From assembly GCA_947176265.1 (NCBI GenBank), contig CAMWQA010000001.1, positions 11,772 to 75,771 of the forward strand: a DNA stretch of 64,000 nt, given 5' to 3'. The notes under the pieces were generated by a model. It searched no databases, was not told the DNA's origin, and worked only from the letters and a program-made list of their open reading frames with translations. This document shows positions 63,511-64,000 of this stretch, piece by piece (positions within the stretch are counted from its first letter, which is position 1; each line of letters opens with the position of its first letter). Position numbers and translations under genes: made by a program. This stretch comes from an uncultured Clostridia bacterium. GTDB taxonomy: Bacteria > Bacillota > Clostridia > Christensenellales > UBA3700.

Positions 63511-63593
63511 AGAAAAACCACTCTCGTTTGGCGAGAAGGGAGATAGGCAAAGGATAAAATAGTAGATTTTGCGTCAAGGCGGTGTTGGACGAG

Positions 63594-63620
63594 CTTTGTC
63601 GTACTTGCTGTACGTCAAAG
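63594..63620 (-). repeat. Family-2 apex hairpin, copy d (degenerate)
   Basis: CTTTGTCGTACttgctGTACGTCAAAG. Confidence 0.5.
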
Positions 63621-63694
63621 TGAGTACAATACTGAATTGGCGAAAAAGATGCATTTTAGACTTGACTATCCTACCTTTGAGCCAAACAAAAAAA

Positions 63695-64000
63695 TCACGC
63701 TTTCACGTTACGCCACATTCTATTCATTGCGCGAGTTTTGTTGCCGTAATCTTTCATTACCGCGCATCTTTGCACGATTTCTAAAGTGGGGAATTGCGCT
63801 TCGAATGCGTTGTAGTTTTCCTCTTCCACGTAAATTATCGTATCGAATTCGCTGTCCTCGCCAAAGAAGTATGACAGGTCAACATAATAATCCGTCTCTT
63901 CGTCGCTTGCCCAATTCTCAATAATATAATCGTATACCTCTTGCGAAACTACTCCCGACGTATAACCTATATAATCCATATTTTGCACGGCAATATCGCC
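63695..64000 (-). CDS. C-terminal fragment of an ABC-transporter solute-binding protein (PotD-like); the 5' end lies beyond the window
   Basis: The frame stays open to nt 64000 (GDIAVQNMDYIGYTS...). The C-terminus ...DYGNKTRAMNRMWRNVKA resembles the ends of spermidine/putrescine-type SBPs. The identification is tentative. Confidence 0.45.
   Translation of the reverse strand, partial: GDIAVQNMDYIGYTSGVVSQEVYDYIIENWASDEETDYYVDLSYFFGEDSEFDTIIYVEEENYNAFEAQFPTLEIVQRCAVMKDYGNKTRAMNRMWRNVKA

Noticed and set aside
63569-63924. Small plus-strand ORFs (63569-63784, 63637-63924)
   Set aside because: They start inside repeat family sequence and run antisense into the SBP gene. They have no SD and their sequences are basic and low-complexity.

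Overview
This 64-kb chromosomal window comes from a low/mid-GC Gram-positive bacterium. It looks Bacillota/Clostridia-like, which I infer from strong GGAGG Shine-Dalgarno use, glgD, type-Z S14 and a KOW gene between map and infA. Gene content from left to right: (1) a giant surface repeat protein truncated at the 5' window edge; (2) a PHP phosphatase, ung, a Nim-like flavoprotein and a MATE exporter; (3) a complete glycogen cluster glgB-glgC-glgD-glgA-glgP-GH13 followed by pfkA; (4) a lone XRE regulator; (5) the entire S10-spc-alpha ribosomal cluster from rpsJ to rplQ, including secY, adk, map, infA, rpmJ and rpoA; (6) alpha/beta-hydrolase, PPTase and ACP genes; (7) a DUF5131 gene; (8) leuCDB directly behind an SH3b surface-protein gene; (9) a fusion of an RpoA-alphaCTD-like domain with WG repeats; (10) a cdd with altered zinc ligands; (11) lipoproteins; (12) plsY-ychF-argS; (13) MarR plus a heterodimeric ABC exporter; (14) thiT under a TPP riboswitch; (15) an Cys-rich XRE-like protein, an MFS transporter, an SDR and a DEAD-box helicase; (16) a partial solute-binding protein. 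I saw no tRNA, rRNA, CRISPR, transposase or recognisable defence genes. The most unusual signal lies in the 3'/intergenic regions rather than in the proteins. First, there are tandem arrays of sequence-variable but always palindromic GC mini-hairpins separated by a conserved 9-mer (AGTTATATT/AATATAACT) at three loci. Second, a cassette with perfect 73-bp inverted repeats resembles a 23S rRNA intervening sequence (IVS) and carries a promoter-equipped four-helix-bundle gene, outside any rRNA and interrupted at an A6 run. Third, two further dispersed repeat families occur, one showing compensatory stem changes. Separately, at least four genes show TATAAT-N6-ATG geometry with no Shine-Dalgarno sequence, which suggests leaderless mRNAs. 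All functional calls rest on reading the sequence by eye and on recalled family motifs; no database search was run.
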